DNA of 64,000 nucleotides. Source: Felis catus. Its lineage: Eukaryota. Within the stretch, counting starts at the first letter, position 1. Each line of letters starts with the position of its first letter. Both the position numbers and the translations under genes were made by a program. The notes beneath the pieces were generated by a model that had not been told where the DNA came from, searched no databases, and saw only the letters and a program-made list of their open reading frames with translations. The stretch lies in NCBI RefSeq assembly GCF_018350175.1, contig NC_058368.1:206338001-206402000 (forward strand). The letters are read 5' to 3'. Below, piece by piece: positions 62,101-64,000 of this stretch.

Positions 62101-64000
62101 GCATGGTGACAGTCTGTTAGACTGGGACTCCCCCCAGCAAGTTGCAGAAGGATATAAATTCCTCAACTGCAGGTGAGAAAACTGAGGAGCAGAATGAAAA
62201 TACTGGCCAGCCCTGGGTTCTTCCTAGAGCTTTCAAGACTCAGATGAGATGCTGTACGTGGGAATCCCTTTTATGTGCTACTCTGCAGTCTTCAAGGTTC
62301 TACCAATTCCATGGTTACGACTAAAACACTGCTTTCAGGAACTGCTAATTTTTTTAGAGAGAGAAAGAGAGAGAGAGAGAGAGGAGAGAACACTCACGCA
62401 GAGGAGGGGCAGAGAGAGAGTCCATGCTCAGCATGGAGGCCCCACGCAGGGATTGATCCCACGTCCCTGGGTTCATGATCTGAGCAGAAATCAAGAGTCC
62501 AAGGCTTAACAGACTGAGTCACCCAGGCACCCCAGGAACTGCCATTTTTAACTTAGCCAAATTTATTTGAAAAACTAATCAAATCCTTCAGGTTCTGCTG
62601 TAATGGCACTCAAATTTATGGCATTACTCTTACACCTTTAAATGTGATTTGTACTCATCTGAAATCCCATCAGTTGTTCTGTGACTCTACTTCAGTTTGC
62701 CTACAGTAAACAAAAGTGTAACTATTTACAGCTTCCTCTGCTATAATATATCTTCCTTGATTAAATGCTGGTGAAGGCTTTATCAAGACAACTGGTTTAT
62801 TAGTAAACAGTCAAATAAACACTCACAGGAAGCTATTTTCCTAACCATCTGTTTTACCTGTCCAAGGCAGAAGACGAATCACATTGGCCATTCTACCCCT
62901 AACAGAGATGAATACTTGTTACTTCAGAGTAAGAAGAAAGAAAATGAAAGAAACAAGTAAGCTATTAATATGTCTCGGCTTGCCTATGCATGGGGGAAAA
63001 TGCCTTTCCAAAAATCTTACAGTCTAGCTGTTTAGTCCTGCGGCAAAAGATTTGATTTTAATTGTTATCTTAACGTTAGTAAATGCAAAAATTGGGCACC
63101 AGGTGTTGATACAGCTATAGCATGTAACATGGGACCTTAGAAACCTGTCTTGCTTCCATGTTTCGGAAGAATTCAGTCCCTTTTATTTATTTTAAGCATA
63201 GACTCTTTCATTTCTTCAGCTTTTTCTGGGTTTAAAAAAAAAACAGAGACTGGTTTTAAATAGAATAGACAAAATGACAGGAACCACCAAATCTTGTCAT
63301 GTAATGTTCCTTGTCAAATGTACTTACACCTTCTCTATTTGTTGATTATGACTCATTTGAGAAAGTTTCTCAAGTCTAGCCCAGTTTCTTATATCCACGA
63401 TTAATTCCCTAAGCTTTCTCAATTTCCATTCCAAGCTCTATTTGTGAGACATAGGTTTTGGGAAACAAATTAAAATTTACTTTTTCTATGAAACTCAATA
63501 TCAACTGCCCTGTAAGAGACACTGTAGTTTTTTTTTTTTTTTTTTTTTCTTCCCTAGTGTCCAAGAGACAAAATTTGCCTTTCAAGTGACTGTTAACCTC
63601 ATATACTATGTCAGGCTTTTTGAAATTCCAAGTAAACTATATTTGCTCTATTAGCCTTTCCAAAGCATTTTAAATGTTTTGAAGGATTTGATTTCCCTCA
63701 AGTAGGATTAACCACCAACTTGATTTGATGTAAGTAAAAAAAGGTGCTTCAATAGTTTCCTTGGAACTGAAGATAGGTCCGACTGCTTCAAATGTCAGAG
63801 TTCAGAAGCTTTAAACTTAAATTACAATCTCAATATGAGAAACATGAAAATACATGAAAGTTGCGAAAGGAAGCCAAGGAAGATGACAGTTATGGGTAAA
63901 TTCCCCTTTTAACTCTTTCAGTAACAGCCAAACTGTGGGTGGGTGAGTAGTATACTGACCTCATTGCTTATCATTAATTTACAATTAAACTGAATCTGAA
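56163..64000 (-). other. PTGER4: PTGER4 intron preceding the last exon (upstream exons lie outside the window)
   Basis: No further GPCR-like coding sequence to the window end. Contains SINEs and old repeats. Confidence 0.85.
57428..62533. mobile_element. SINEC copies in the PTGER4 intron: 57428-57607 (-), 58060-58255 (-), 58323-58518 (+), 60670-60874 (-), 62348-62533 (-)
   Basis: SINE bodies, several with TSDs (gaataccac, tctctgcctcactt, caggaactgc). Confidence 0.88.

Overview
Mammalian genomic DNA from a felid (cat family), judged from the young SINEC_Fc-type SINEs. The window holds the complete TTC33 gene on the + strand: a CpG-island promoter with a non-coding first exon, then four coding exons (5110-5330, 32938-33019, 34471-34602, 38916-39269) that splice in frame to a 262-aa TPR protein. 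It also holds the last coding exon, 3' UTR and part of the preceding intron of PTGER4 (prostaglandin E2 receptor EP4) on the - strand, convergent with TTC33. The rest is intronic or intergenic DNA dense in carnivore SINEs, old L1/L2/MIR fragments, solo LTRs, DNA-transposon relics and microsatellites. Almost all short ORFs in the track are repeat-derived noise. I found no convincing novel biological system. The best leads are regulatory hypotheses: a candidate poison exon in TTC33 intron 2, a start-stop uORF, a candidate 3' UTR mini-intron, inverted young SINE pairs (dsRNA/circRNA), and a very young SINE sub-lineage. Repeat family names are from recognition by eye and need RepeatMasker/Dfam confirmation.
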